DNA of 64,000 bases from contig JASANG010000753.1 of NCBI GenBank assembly GCA_030248215.1, positions 558,001 to 622,000 of the forward strand, written 5' to 3'. The position numbers were made by a program, and so were the translations under genes. The DNA comes from Enoplolaimus lenunculus (taxonomy: Eukaryota). The notes under the pieces were generated by a model that saw only the letters and a list, made by a program, of their open reading frames with translations, was not told the origin of the DNA and ran no database searches. This document shows, piece after piece, positions 1 through 13,447 of this stretch; position 1 is the first letter of the stretch; the number at the start of each line of letters is the position of its first letter.

Positions 1-421
1 TTGAAAATATGTGTTCCTAAGCATAAGCCTAAGCCTAAGCAAAAACTGTAATCTAGAATCTAAACGTACGCTTTTATGGACCAACCAGAAACTTGGACGC
101 CTGTTACAGTAACATGAGCCATTCATTGTTCGCACGACTGTTTCGATGTTGTGGTGTTTTCGTTTTGATTTGACGCTTCAAATTTAGAAGTTTTTATTCG
201 GAAGCCACTAAGTGTGTGTTAATTATATTGTTGTTATTGCCAGGGAGCGACCGTAAATCCAATTCCGGTTTAATATTGAGCGAAAAAAACGGACATCTGT
301 ATCCGGTTTCAGTATCTGGTATTTGCGGCGTTGACTGAATGTCATAAAACAGCTTTTTTTTACATCTTGATGTGCTAGACAATTTTGCTGTAACTCTATT
401 CGTGGGCAAGTCAGTAAGATT

Positions 422-560
422 AAGGGTTGCGCTATAGTTTACTGAGCCGGACGCCGACGCGCGCCGACGTACACCTCCGCAACGCGGCGGCGTGCGGCAA
501 AATTTTCACCGCGTCGCGCGGCGGCGTCCAACGGCGCGCGCGCGAGTATAGCGCAACCTT
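422..560. mobile_element. GC-rich MITE with GTTGCGCTATA TIRs
   Basis: GGTTGCGCTATA...TATAGCGCAACC; homologue at about 18148-18363. Confidence 0.6.
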
Positions 561-2992
561 TTGTCTTTTATTATAACGTGAAATTAAAAATCCAAGCTCA
601 GCATACGTACATAGTATACTTTCAAATCAGTACACACGTATATATTTTAGCACGGCTCAAATACTGCCAACAGTGCACAAATTTAGATACATTGTGTATC
701 CGGCGAACATCCGGTTGCGATAAAAATTCAGTCCGACTCCGGTTCCGGTATCCGGTAAAATTAACATCCGATCGATCCCTTGTTGTAAAGTTTATTTGTT
801 TGTTTCAGATACCGGTTCGAGTCATGCACGACGCGACTATCATTGATTTGCCATCAAAATTTGCATTTTATTGATGAATCTCTCTTCTTCCATACAAAAT
901 GCCAGTTTTTACTCGGTTTGGAAACATCAAACAATGCCATAATCACAGTTTAGTTTTAAAGGTAGGCTCTTGTACGCTTCTATCCATAAGCGCAAGCTAA
1001 GGCGTAGGCATAAATTTTGGCTGTAGGAAAAGGTTTACGTATGCCTAAAGTCTACACCCTTGTCTTACTCTTAACCTTTACCGAAAAAGCCTAAGCTTGG
1101 AGTCTTGTTCTGAAATGTGGGCGGAAGTGTACAACAGCGATATTGTTTTTGTTTTTGCAATTTCTGTGGTGCAGATTTGCAATGTAAGTTTACAATTTTT
1201 TAAAATTTGTCAAGGTTTTTGGGATGAATTTTAAGTCTCTTTTTTTCAGAATACTCGTAGCAATGTTCTCCCGTCAACGCTTGTACAATGCCTTCCCTAC
1301 AAACTTAAAACGCAAGCCAAAGTCGTTTATGCCAAAATTTTAAAAATTTGAAAATTTTGACAATTGTAAGATGAAATAGCGTGCAATAGAAGATTTCCTG
1401 CAAATTATTTTTATTGAAAAAAATTCTCGTTGCGCAGTTGTTCAAGACATGAATAGTTTCGTAATAGCACAGGGTATTCGTACCGATATGATGAATATAT
1501 TAATATATACTTTTGTAATTAACGTTTGTTGTTGTAAATATTATTTAATACCATTTAGTTTGGTATTCAGTGTTTGTTCCATCAATTCATACTGGCCGAT
1601 CCATGGGTGATGCCATCCAGGCCAAGGCCACTCCAACAGAAACCACGGCCAAAATTTTGTATTATGATTTCTTACTGAAATCGCGTTTGGCTTCTCGATC
1701 GCGAGCTTTTTTTTCACTTTTATGTAATCGCGAGGCATCGTTCTCAGTTGGAGTGACTGGACTGGATCCGCCACTGAAGCTACAGCTGTAGTACCGGTAA
1801 TACATGCTATAGTCATGCAGTCCTATCGGTACTTGTTTACATACTTTCCGTCACACTGGTATTAGTTTGATAGATGGCAATTTATTGTCATACCTTTCCG
1901 GTGCTGTTCATTGTTTTCCTGACCCTAAGCGTAAAGGTAAGCATATTTTGTTATTACAGACTTGCGTGTGTGGAGAGAAAGTAAAGAAGTGTCATCTTTT
2001 TATACAATCGCGGTATGTATATGTCGATGGTCAATCTGCTATTCAGGCCGATTATTAATTGGCCTAGGCCAATCTGCTATTTTATGTAATAGCAATTTGG
2101 CCTGGGCTAAACTAATATTGAACTTATTATAGGCCAATCAGATTTGATTATTTGGAAAAACACAATATCGTTAACCAATCAGCGTTGGTCTTACATTACT
2201 GTTGTTTTGCGAAATTCTACAATTATTTGGCCTAGGCCAAACAGCTATTTGCTTAGAATAGCAGATTGGCCTACGACATATATGTCGATATCCAATCTGC
2301 TGTTCGGTTTACCGGGCTAAATCTACCGCTATTGTTTAGAATAGCGAATTTGCCTAAAATAGTAATTCGCCTGAATAGCAGATTGTCCACCTACATAATA
2401 TATGCCGTAGGTTTGTCTTGTAATTTGAACTTATCTTTTTTTGACGGCCTTTTTTAAGCAGAAATTGTATTTTTAAACGTTTCAACGTTTAAATGAAACA
2501 TTCTGCATGTGTGCCAATGTTTCAAGAGTACTTCTTGTAGTACTTGTACACACTTATTCTAAGCCCAAAATTAATGCTTAGCCTAAGTTGTGTTAAAATC
2601 TGAGAAAAGTTCGAAGCTGAAGGGTAAGCGATACAAGAGCTGTTTCCTATCATGTGAAAAATGTTCTGGTGCATTTGATTGTGATATATTTTGCTTTATA
2701 TGCCATTGGTCTACGTGTGATTGCTGATGAAATATATAAATGTCATATTTGCTACCGCTTCTGCAGCACGGTGGTTACAACTAGGGGGTCGGTTCATATT
2801 TTAGTGGATAGTTTGTTTACTCCCATCCCAAAAAAGTTCCTCCCACAGATAATGACTGGGTGACTGGGTTTTAATAACGAAGGCTTAGGATTCGATTTAG
2901 TCGTAGGTTTAGCCTAAGTATAAAGGTTATGTCGAGGAAATTAGTAAACGGTAGTGTGGAAGAAATTTTGCTTTATATCAAATTAACATCAG

Positions 2993-3142
2993 GTCCCATG
3001 TTACTTTTAGGGGCGTCCAGGTTTCTGGTGGGGCTATGAAATAGTAGGTTTACATTCTGGATTACTCTTTTTTGCTTAGGTATAGGCTTAGGCTTAGGAA
3101 TACGCTTAATCTACTGTTACTCCCATTAAAGTAACATTGGCC
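2993..3142. mobile_element. Family A MITE (GGCC ends, internal TTAGGC repeats)
   Basis: Terminal inverted repeats; perfect 8-bp flanking duplication AACATCAG. Confidence 0.8.
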
Positions 3143-3149
3143 AACATCA

Positions 3150-3385
3150 GTGTGGGGGGAAGTATTCAAATAGTGGGGGGAAGTATTCAAATAGTGTGGG
3201 GGAAGTATTCAAATAGTGTAGGGGGAAGTATTCAAATAGTGTGGGGGGAAGTATTCAAATAGTGTGGGTGGAAGTATTCAAATAGTGTGGGGGAAGTATT
3301 CAAATAGTGTGGGGGGAAGTATTCAAATAGTGTGGGGGGAAGTATTCAAATAGTGTGGTGAGAAGTATTCAAGTAGTGTGGGGTG
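3150..3385. repeat. Minisatellite, 22-23-bp unit GTGTGGGGGGAAGTATTCAAATA, about 10 copies
   Basis: Direct reading; only the G-run length and a few substitutions vary. Confidence 0.95.
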
Positions 3386-4705
3386 TTGGCCAATTTAAGA
3401 GTGCCTTTGTGGGGGGAGGCATAACGATAATTTTAAGATTAGACTTTTATATTATTTAGAAATTAGTGAGTTTGGCCGCAGACAATCAAAATGGTTACGT
3501 GGTTATGGTTGTGAATTGATTGTTCTTGCTGTCGTTCGGTACATTCAGGGTGGTATCGTTAGGATGAAAAGTTTTGTAACAATGAAAACTAAAGTTTACA
3601 CAGGTTCGCTAGGCGTAAATATTTCAGCATTGAAAATTGGAAATTTATGTGAAATTGACGAGTCACGTACGTGGAAGTCAAATTAATTAATAATCTTGGA
3701 TCGTATATACGGATTTGCACTTTGCTGAATTATTGAAGTTGTTTTTTTACTTTGGTTCAATTTTGTGCCATCTCTCTTACGATTCGTAAGTTGAGGTATT
3801 TCCAAAAACCTAAAACCAGTTTAGCGGTCCCGATCGTTTGATTTAGGAATCAGGTTAATTGGCTAATGGTTTGAACCTTAATTACACATTTTTGTGTTCT
3901 CATCGCTTGCAGTATGTGTCCTACATAAAAACGTTTTGCTAACTGATGATAAGTGCTATAGTCATTTGAGAATACGGACTTTGTTGAACCTAAAGCAGTA
4001 TTTGTGGCGTTTATGTTTTTGTCCACTGTGTGTAAAATAATTACATGTATATTGTATATATGTATATCAGAGTTCAACCTGAATTCCTATTCCAGCATTC
4101 AAAGATGTGGGAACCGGAATATTTACGGTTTTGGAATAAATTTTATTTATAATAATTTAAATATTGGAAACGTTGTCTTTGCAAAATTGTTTGTTTTTTC
4201 GAAAGGAGTGTTTTTGCAATTAGGTGAATTTTGTTAACAAACTGTTCCTGATGTGTTTTCGCAAAAGTTGACGATGAAATAGCTGAAAATTTGCTTAAGC
4301 CATATTTTGCAAATTCTCTGAAAAGTCCAACAGTAATTCGGTGATGAAAGTTATTTCAAATTCCGGTTCCTGCAAAAAATTTTATTACTGTTCGTGTTTC
4401 GCTAAAATTTAGTTCAACTTTGATATATATCAGAAACCGCATTAGCCTAAATGCTAAAGTTGGTTGTTTAGTCGGTGGGATTAGTGAAAAGCATATTTAC
4501 TGTGCATCCTCGCCTTTCACATAGCTTCTTGATTTGTCAGTTGTCCTATGTTTTGAGCAAGAAATTTGCTTACATTTTATAGCTTTTCGTTAAGAAATCC
4601 TGGCTAAAGGAAGCATATTTGAGCATAGAATAATCGTTTAAAATTTGTTGATAACAATGGAAATTTATCGGATGATAATGCGAAATTTATTGCTATAAAG
4701 GGGTT

Positions 4706-4901
4706 GGCCCATATATAGAACAGGGCCGCAAAGTTTTCCGGACGGGACTGTAATAGAGTGAGCTTAAACTTTCGACATTTTTTTGCTTAGGTATAGGCTT
4801 AGGTATAGGCTCATTCTTACGCTTAAGCTTAGGCATAGGCTTATGCTTAGGCCTAGGAATATGCTTATACTACTGTTCTGGTTTTGTTCTATACATTGGC
4901 C
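4706..4901. mobile_element. Family A MITE
   Basis: GGCCCAT...CATTGGCC ends, TTAGGC-like core, flanks AAGGGGTT/AACGCGTT. Confidence 0.75.
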
Positions 4902-5065
4902 AACGCGTTGATATATCATTGGATGCAGATAATAGAGGGTATCCGTTTAAGTGTTTACCTCGACACCCCCACACAATGGGTGCATTAATAAAATAAGCTG
5001 AGGCTTAAGCTTCAGTATAAGCATTAGGCTTAGGAAAAGAATAAACAGTAGTGGGTGCTGGGTAT

Positions 5066-5414
5066 CAGGGTACAACCGGAGTCTGCCTCCGGCGCCGGTA
5101 GAAAATCGGCCTACGGCTCCGGTAGAATTTTTGCCGGAGGTTCCGGCAATTTCGGTAGTAAAATTTTGCATAATTTTCTTGAATTTATCTGTTTAGCGCA
5201 TTTCGATTTACTTTTGTCACAATTTTCATGAAAGAATTGCCGAAATTTGTCAAAAAATTAACGTGAAACCAAACAAATTAACAACATTTTGCAGATATTG
5301 GCTAAACGTAACTAATTAACCATCATTTTTATTACTTAATTTCGCCTCACCTCCGGCTCCGGCAAGTTTCGTTAGCCTCCGGCTCAGGTATTTTTCACCT
5401 CCGGTTGCTCCATG
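5066..5414. mobile_element. Family D hAT-like MITE (CAGGGT ends, CCGG-rich)
   Basis: Perfect 8-bp duplication CTGGGTAT; an inverted copy lies at 18833-19168. Confidence 0.75.
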
Positions 5415-6523
5415 CTGGGTATAGGGGTGACTCATGCGTTCGATCAAACGAATACTAAGTGTGTGAGGCAAGTATCAGGGAATATCGAGTTTTATTGCTT
5501 TTTAGACTATTAAATTGTATTAAAATCTAGTGACGTTTCAATGATAGTTGAATAGTTGTAGTTTAAAAAGCTGAGTTTGAAATTTGAATGCACGTTGAAA
5601 TTCAACCGTGAGCTGAGCTGTATGAAATATTTTTTTGGTTTGGTGGGATTTTTCCAGTTAAAACACGGAATGTTTCTTTGTGATTGTTTATTGCAGTAAA
5701 AGTATAATAAATATACTTATATAATGTGATGTTTATGCGAGTTCTGTGAAATAAAATTGTTTTGTGTGGTTTGATTGATAGAAGCATATCGTGTGGCTTG
5801 AGCCTGTATTGAATTTTTGGCCGAGATGGTTTGAAAATGTGTGTTGAACAGGGTGTAAACGGATAGTAAATATAACGGAAACGAATAGTGATCAAAATAA
5901 CGGGAACGTAAAACGGATGTTGAATTATGAAAATGTCCAAAATGTTTTATTTTTGCTGCAAACAATGGAAGCGTGCATATTTCGTAATTGATATTTCATC
6001 TCGAACAATTGCAGCTTTATCTGTAACGAAAAATTGCGAGTTTTATACGTCATTAAGAACTAATATTGAACGCAAAAAATAACAGAACTTCCGTTATTTC
6101 TAAACCCGGAACTCACACCGATTTTACAGGAAATGGAACGGATATCTGGTTACACCCTGGGTTGAACTTTTGCAACTACCAAGATACCGACAGTTGAACG
6201 AGTGGATTTTCGCAGCAGCAAATCCAGTAGTCGGTGGGGAAGTTGTGGTTGGCAGCGCCTGTCCTTTCGAAGGTAACGCTCACTTTACGCTGAGTATTAC
6301 GCAGAGATGTTTGGAATTTTGAATGCCTTGAAAAGCAATAGTGAAATTGCTGTTCAGTGGCTGTTTGTCTAGATATACGGGCGCACGCGTATATATTATT
6401 AACCTTTCAACCAGGAACAACTGGAACTGTGAAATACCGGAACTGAAAAGCGAAAAAAAATGCCGGAACCGGAAAGTGAAAAACACCTGTTACCGTAAAA
6501 TTAGTTTGTAAGTAGTACAATAC

Positions 6524-6668
6524 GGCCAACGTAAAGAACAGGGGCGGACAGTATTATAAAAATATTCCTAAGCCTAAGCTTAGCCAGGCAAAAAAATTAG
6601 TCTAAAGCTCAAGCTTACTCTTTTCTAGTCCTACAGAAAAACGTTGCACCCTGATCTTTAAATTTGCC
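6524..6668. mobile_element. Family A MITE
   Basis: GGCCAACGTAAAGAACAGGGGCGGA left end, GCCTAA core, degenerate right end. Confidence 0.7.
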
Positions 6669-6885
6669 ATAAATACTGGCAACACTTTCGTAAAGGTTTG
6701 TTTACTTATTTTTGTTTATTTTAGGTTCCTTCCATTAGACGCAGCATCTGCCTATATTTTTTAATGATGTTGCACCTGTAGTTTTCGCAAAATATTTGTA
6801 ATATAAAAGCAAGCATAGAGTGTGACAAATCATAAATATGGCATTACACGCAATTGTAAAAACGTCAGAAAAATAAGTTATGGTA

Positions 6886-7106
6886 CACTGCAAAAAATGG
6901 TGAGTCAAATTGACTCTCTCCGAAATAGGCTTTTTCGGACTACACAAACTGAGTCAAAATTCGACTCCGCCAGAGTCAAATTCGACTCACTGTGCGATTC
7001 ACTGAGTCAAATTTGACTCTGGCGGAGTCGAATTTTGACTCAGTTTGTCTGGTCAGGAAAAGCCTATTTCGGAGAGTGTCAATTTGACTCACCATTTTTT
7101 GTCATG
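6886..7106. mobile_element. Family B fold-back MITE (CACTGCAAAAAATGGTGAGTCAAATTGACTC..., about 100-bp TIRs)
   Basis: Near-complete palindrome flanked by TA; iterated GAGTCAAA/TTTGACTC motif. Confidence 0.8.
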
Positions 7107-9535
7107 TACGTCCAGTTATCGTTAGGTAAGTGAAGGTGTGATAAATAAACCTGTAGACTTTTCAGTAAGGTTTTATGTTTGTTTTTCTCAGAAGAACGCA
7201 GCGGCTGTCATCAGTAATAGCGATAGGTTTTCAAACAAGCGAACTACCGTGTGTTGTGTAGTACAAAGTTTATTACATTTCTTTGTAATGATATTGCAGG
7301 GTGGGGTTGTTAGGTTTAATTGGCTACCAGCCCGAGGGAGCCATTATATTGAACTTTGACGTAAAACCAGCTTTTGCCAAATAAAAATCTACTACTGCAC
7401 TTGGGCAGTTATCAACGGACGCTTATGCTCAAAAACAAAGATTGAAATTGAAAATGTTTTTGGCAAAATTTAGTACTAAAATTGTGGCTGGCTTCTTGTT
7501 CGCGAATTTTTTTCACTATTATATATCGCGACTCCGGCGAAAGATTCTGGATCCCACATTGGTAGTTAGTTATCCTTTGCATACATGCAAAATGATTGTC
7601 AAATTTAACACATTTGGCTTGAGTATGTAATTGAAAAATGGTTTTGCTCTTAGATATATAGACTATACATATTTGAATAATGGCCGTTCGTGATTTTCAT
7701 CATACATCTGGTGCTTTTGGTTTGTTTGTATAATAAATATATACGCTCGATGCCATGAGATTTGCCTGTATTCGCTATTCCCTGTTGTGTAGTGCCGTTG
7801 GCTTGCTATTTTCAATATGTATAATAGACGCCATGTTTTTGGTGTGTGTGTTGTTTTTTGAGGTAGCTATGTTATTTTAGAGTCAGTATTGTGTTCGGTT
7901 TGTGCCACTATCCCGATATATTGACGGATTTTATGCGGTCGGTGAATGGTAAAAGGGTATTAATGGTCTATAGAGAGCTGTAATAGTAGTGCTTAATGGA
8001 AGCTTTACTGGTTCGAGTTCTGGTTGAAAGGATACGTACGCTTTTGACCAGTTTTCTAACGCCTACGTAATAGATCTGGCAATGGGTTTTGGTGGATTTA
8101 AGCTATTATTGGTTTGAATATGTGTGTAATTTTGACTTGCGGCGTTCGTTTCACTGTTGTTTGATTAATCTTTTTAATCCTAAAGGTTTAATCAGTTTGA
8201 ATTTTTAGATTTTGAGGGATATTAAATTTAGCATGATGCGACTTAAGCCAGGACGCAGGTCGTTCCAGGGATAGGACAATAGTAGGTTGTTCATTTTCGG
8301 TGCCCTGGATGGCAGGGTGTAACCGGATATCCGTTTCCGGTAAAAATCGGCGTCCGTTTCCGTTATAAAAATGCCGAAAATTCTGTTGTTTTTCAGCTCA
8401 AATTTAGTCGAAAATCACGTATATATCTCGCAATTTTTCATTACAATTATGCTGCAATTGTTCGATATGAAATAAAAATCACTAAATTCATCCAAAATCT
8501 TAAAAATTTCAATGCATCCGCGATTTTTGCTTTAAAATTTTAGAAAGCCCGGTGAATATTTGCACGCCGTGATTGTGTTGGCAGAAAAAAAACAAAACAT
8601 CTTTGAAGCTTTTATACTTCAATATCCGTTTTTCGTTTCGGTTATTTTGATCGCGATACCAGATGCGAAGACTTAAAAATGGACTACCGCGCCCAGAACA
8701 GTTTTGGTTTTGTCTGTGAGTTTAAGAAGTTAAGTAGTTTTCTTCAGCATGTTTTAATGCATGGATCCTGTGTCAAATAGCGTTGACCCTCCTAAGATGT
8801 TGGGCTAATGGTGATATTTGCTAGCAGTTTCTAACTCGGGTCTGTAGTTTTTGCACCCACACTGTACAAATATGGGGTGTAAATCTTTTCGCTTGTAACA
8901 TAGAATATATTGTTTTCCTGTTTCTAAGACCAATCTCTGTCCAAGAATTTGGCGTCAATTTTGAGTTGTTTGTCAGGCTGTTTACTGCCCCCCATGAACT
9001 CCCTGCGATTTGAAGGCATACTAAGAGAAGGATTACCGCCCTACCCCTCAAGCTCTCCGTACTAAACATTTTATTATTGAAATATCTAAAATTACTGAAA
9101 TAGTTTTGAACTGTTTTGCTGCTTAAGTATGAGAAGCGCTAATTATGGGAGGCTTGGGGGGGCGGGGGCGGCAGCCCTCCATTCTGCTTCGTATCGTCTC
9201 AAATTGCATAGGGTTCAGGGCGCCGGTAGACCCTATGAAAACCAAATTGTTATGGGTGGCGGGGAGAATCGTTTTCGCTGTGGGTGGAAACGCAAAAATG
9301 CCGGTTCAAAATTGTTGAAAACCAATACCACAACCTAGCGGTAATACAAGCTTTGATTAGCTGGTTTAGTGGTTCGTTGAACCTAACGAAACCTGCCGGC
9401 TATAGCTATGTAAGCTTTGATATTTAATGAATTTATTTTTTGCCGATGTGTAGTATTACGGATACACGGCAAATTTGATGGGTTTGTGTTAATGCAGACT
9501 AAAAGCGTTGAAACTGATTATCGTTCCACTGCACC

Positions 9536-9719
9536 GGACAGTGTAAAGAATAGGGACGGAACAGTAGTATAAACCTATTTCAAAGCCTAAGCCTAAGCCT
9601 AAGCATAATCCTAAGCATAAGCCTAAGCGTAAGCCAAGCAAAAAAATTTGTCTAAAGCTTAAGATTACTCTATTCTAGTCCCACATAAAAACGTTCCGCC
9701 ACTGATCTTTACATTGGCC
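9536..9719. mobile_element. Family A MITE
   Basis: TIRs plus a (GCCTAA)n core. Confidence 0.75.
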
Positions 9720-10611
9720 CGCGCACCTGATAGTTGCTGTCCATTAAAATTGTGGTATTTTTGGTTTCAAAATAATTGTTGGCCCAAGAGTAATGGTTTT
9801 AATTTTGACTTTGTAATAGTATTTAGCGCTTGCTAGTAGGGTCTGGAGGCAAAGGCATACACGACGGTAGGTGCTTGCCCGCTGAACCTTGAATAATTTT
9901 GAGCTCGCAAAGGAAAAGAAATTGTTTAGGCGAAATTTCTATATGTTGCATAGGGAGGTTTTAGCTCGTTTTTCAAGCATGTCGCCGTTGGGAATGTTAC
10001 GGCTTCAAAAATGATATGGCTTTTAAGTAAGTAACACATGATTTCGGCCAGTTACCATTGTAGAGTGTAAAATAGGTCTTACTAGGATACTTATTTTATT
10101 GGCTAACACGGAACAAGGTACCTGGTTTACCACTGAGTTTGATTATTTTAGAATACATTTTCTATGTGAGTTAGTATTTCATACAAATAACGCCACGTAT
10201 CTATTCGTTGATCTAAGATCTGTATACCAGGTTTCCAACAGGAACTAAATTTTGCCGGAACAGGGATAAGAACAGGAATTGAATTTCCTTGCAGGAACCG
10301 GGAACAAGAGCAAGAACCGGAGTTTGAAATAGTTTTCGTTACCGAATTACTGTTGGACTTCTTAGAATACCTGCCAAAAATGACTTACGCGAATTTTCAG
10401 CTATTTCATCAGCAAGTTCTGTCTAAACACATCAGACACTGTTTATTAACAAAATTGAAGTAATTGCAAAAACTTAATTACTTCCCCACCCACATAACTA
10501 TTTATTATTTTCATGACCTACTCTGAAGTCCAAGCTTGTAATAGTGTATATATAGGTTTCTAGGATTGTATCCGGGTCCGGCTATTCAGATTATTCCGGG
10601 CATTTTTACCG

Positions 10612-10800
10612 AAAAATTCCGGATCCACGTTTTTGCGTCGAGAAATTTGAGTTCGAGTTTTCATTCATAAAAATTCCAGGTCCAGGTTTTTGCGTCGAGA
10701 AATCCGAGTTTGGTTTTTTCATTCATAAAAATTCCGGGTCCGCATTTTTGCGTCGAGAAATCCGGGTTCGGGTTTTCATTCATAAATCTTTCAGGTCCGG
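10612..10800. repeat. About 57-bp tandem repeat, about 3 copies
   Basis: AAAATTCC.G.TCC...TTTTTGCGTCGAGAAAT...TTTTCATTCATA repeated. Confidence 0.8.
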
Positions 10801-11215
10801 GTAGGTATTTATTTTTAATGTTACAACTTTAATTGTCGTTCGATGCAAATTTAGACCGATTTGTATAGAACTCGAATAGGCATGCAGTGGTTTTATACTG
10901 ATATTTCAGGCGTTAAAATTCATTTTATCGAATCAATCAACTGTACATATCAATTGTAACTGTAAATGTTAACAAAAAATTGTATTAAAAAATTTATATA
11001 ATCAAACTTATTTCTATTTAAATATTTTGCGATAAATAAATCAAAATTAAGAGAATAAAAAATATCTATTAATATTAAGAAAAATATATAAAAATTAGCA
11101 AAAAATATTAAAAATCAAAAGCGCAATAGCGAATCAAAAATCGTCTTACAGAAATGATAGATTGGTGGGTGTTTGAGTGATAGTTTTGATCGAACTCAAG
11201 GTTAACGGTACGAAA

Positions 11216-13447
11216 ATGTTAGCAGGAGGTCATTGGCGTTTGTGGTTGGTCACTGCGACCATAAGCATGGTTCATCATGGCATGGTCGGCTACCAAATCG
11301 CGGTGCTCAATAATGCTCGCCGCATCGTTGGTGAATTTTTGAATCCGCTGATCACAAACGAAATTCGCTATCAGCATTTAGCTTGGGGAGCGCTTGTTGC
11401 AGTGTATCATTTAGGGCTGGCACTAGGTGCCCTAGTAAACCCGTTTATTTCAGATCGTTGGGGTCGAAAATTTGCGCTGATTTATGTTTCGAATTTAGTG
11501 TGCGTTTTCGGGCATGGATTATCGTTTTTGACCGCTGCAGTTCAAATGGCTCCATTGCTATTTTTGGGCAGGCTGTTTACTGGCATCGGAGGCGGTATAG
11601 GCTTAGCGGTGGTGCCGTTGTACCTACTCGAGTCGTGCCCTGCTCATCTTCGTGGATTAATCGGAAGCTGTTTAGAGTTGGCGGTGGTGTTTGGTATTTT
11701 TCTGTCGCTGCTGCTTGGGCGAACTGATTTGCTAGGATCGGCACAGCTGTGGCCAATTTTAGTGACGCTAGGAATTTGGTTTTCAGTCATCGAAATGGTG
11801 TGCGCACGATTTTTTAAGGTAAAGTGTGAGTTTTTGACCAAACCCAGTTTTGCGACCAGCTAATAATGGACTGGTTTTGTGTTGTAGCTGCCCATTTTTG
11901 CCATTAAATACTTAGCTAACGTTGCGTAATCAAGAATGCAAAAATGAGGTATCGAGAGGACAGAGAAAACTTTACTAACAGTGAAATTTTAGCTTGAGGG
12001 GGTCCCTGACGAAGAAATAATGGTTTTATTGTTTCAAATTTGGCAATAACAAATTTGCTGTCGTTTACATTTTAATTTTTAAGTAAATTTATTATATATT
12101 TTAAACTGACACCGAACTGCGCGCCAACGTCAAATTTGAATATCAAAATGTGATTGGTTGTCTATAGAAACCGTGAATTTTGAGGTTTGCAATTTAGTTT
12201 GTTTTTCTTACATTCGATTTGCCCCCCCCCCACTCAGTCGTATTCAAAATTTTGAATTCGCAGTTTCGCAAAGTTCGCTTCGTTTGAAAACCTATCACTA
12301 ACTGGCAGCGATACGTGGTGCGCTACGTACGTTTGAGAATACAGCTCGTTGTCTAAACAATTTTATTATTAAAAACGTTGAAAAAAATGCTATCTTTTTG
12401 TCAATTTTTGACATATTTTTGTGTCATTTGTTTCTCTTGTTTCAGGAAACACCAAAATACTTGCTACTAGTCAAAGATAACGTCGCCGCTGCACGACAAT
12501 CAGTGACATTTTTTACCGGCGTTGTCGAACCGCGACAAATTGACGAAATTCTACACGATATCCGGTCGTCTGACAGTTGTTTACAAGCGGAAATTGGTGG
12601 TGACGACGATGATGATGATACTAGTGAACACGCCCGTTTATATGATAACGATACGCAAAATGTCGCGCGGCAGGGCAGCGACAGCGGAAGCAGTCAGCAG
12701 CGAGCGAACGCAGCAATGGATCAAATTGACGCTCGAGCCAAACGCGACCGAATTATACGATTTGCGCTGTTGCTCGGGGCGACGCAGTGTTTTTGTGGCA
12801 AGACAACCCTTGTAGCGTACAGTACGGGATTTATGACGTCAAACGGCGTATCGGTGTCCCGGGCTCAGTTGGCGACGGTCATTTTAGGCGCAGCTGAACT
12901 GTTAGCTGGATTTTTAGCACTGTTTATCAATTATCGGTTTCATCGGCGTGTAGTCCTATTGGTCACTCTGGGCGCTTGTGGGCTGGCGAATATTGGCGTT
13001 TTTGCGTCGATGGAAATTAATTCGTTGTTCGATTGGGTGGAACGCGGCGGCGCTGGTGCCGGCCTGTTTGTGGCGTTTTTTGCACTGTCAAGTGTAGTAA
13101 TATTAATGGCCGCCGATATTGGACCGATGGCACTGTTGCCAATATTGTGTTCAGAAATTGCACCGCAAAGTATGCGAGCACGGACGTGTACCGCTGGCGT
13201 CACAGCGGCGACGTTGGTAAGGGTTGTGAATGATTTTTTGGTCTGGATAGGCTATCATTATATTGGCGCCCCAGTGTTTGTGGTGTATGTAGCACTCAGT
13301 GCCGGAGTGTGGCTGTTTTTTTACCAGTCTGATGAATTGAAGCATGTCAATACGTATGGGAGTAATGATCGAATGAAGTATACTATGTTACCTGATGATA
13401 GTGGCGAAGAACCGATTGTAAGCTATGAAAAGGGGATTATTGATTAA
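11216..13447 (+). CDS. MFS sugar porter (GLUT/SLC2A-like) transporter, 2 exons (11216-11818, 12446-13447), 534 aa
   Basis: Many hydrophobic segments and sugar-porter motifs GYQIAVLNN, SDRWGRK, GRLFTGIGGG, PLYLLESCPAHLRG and SEIAPQSMR. A phase-0 intron (AAG|gtaaag ... tttcag|GAA) joins ARFFK to ETPKYLL, the equivalent of the PESPRYL motif. Stop TAA ends at 13447. Confidence 0.9.

Noticed and set aside
6735..7016. Recurring peptides such as [16 protein letters not shown] in many short ORFs
   Set aside because: Translations of the family B MITE TIR, not a protein family.
11383..13345. Short alternative-frame and antisense ORFs over the transporter exons
   Set aside because: Shadow ORFs of the higher-GC coding sequence.
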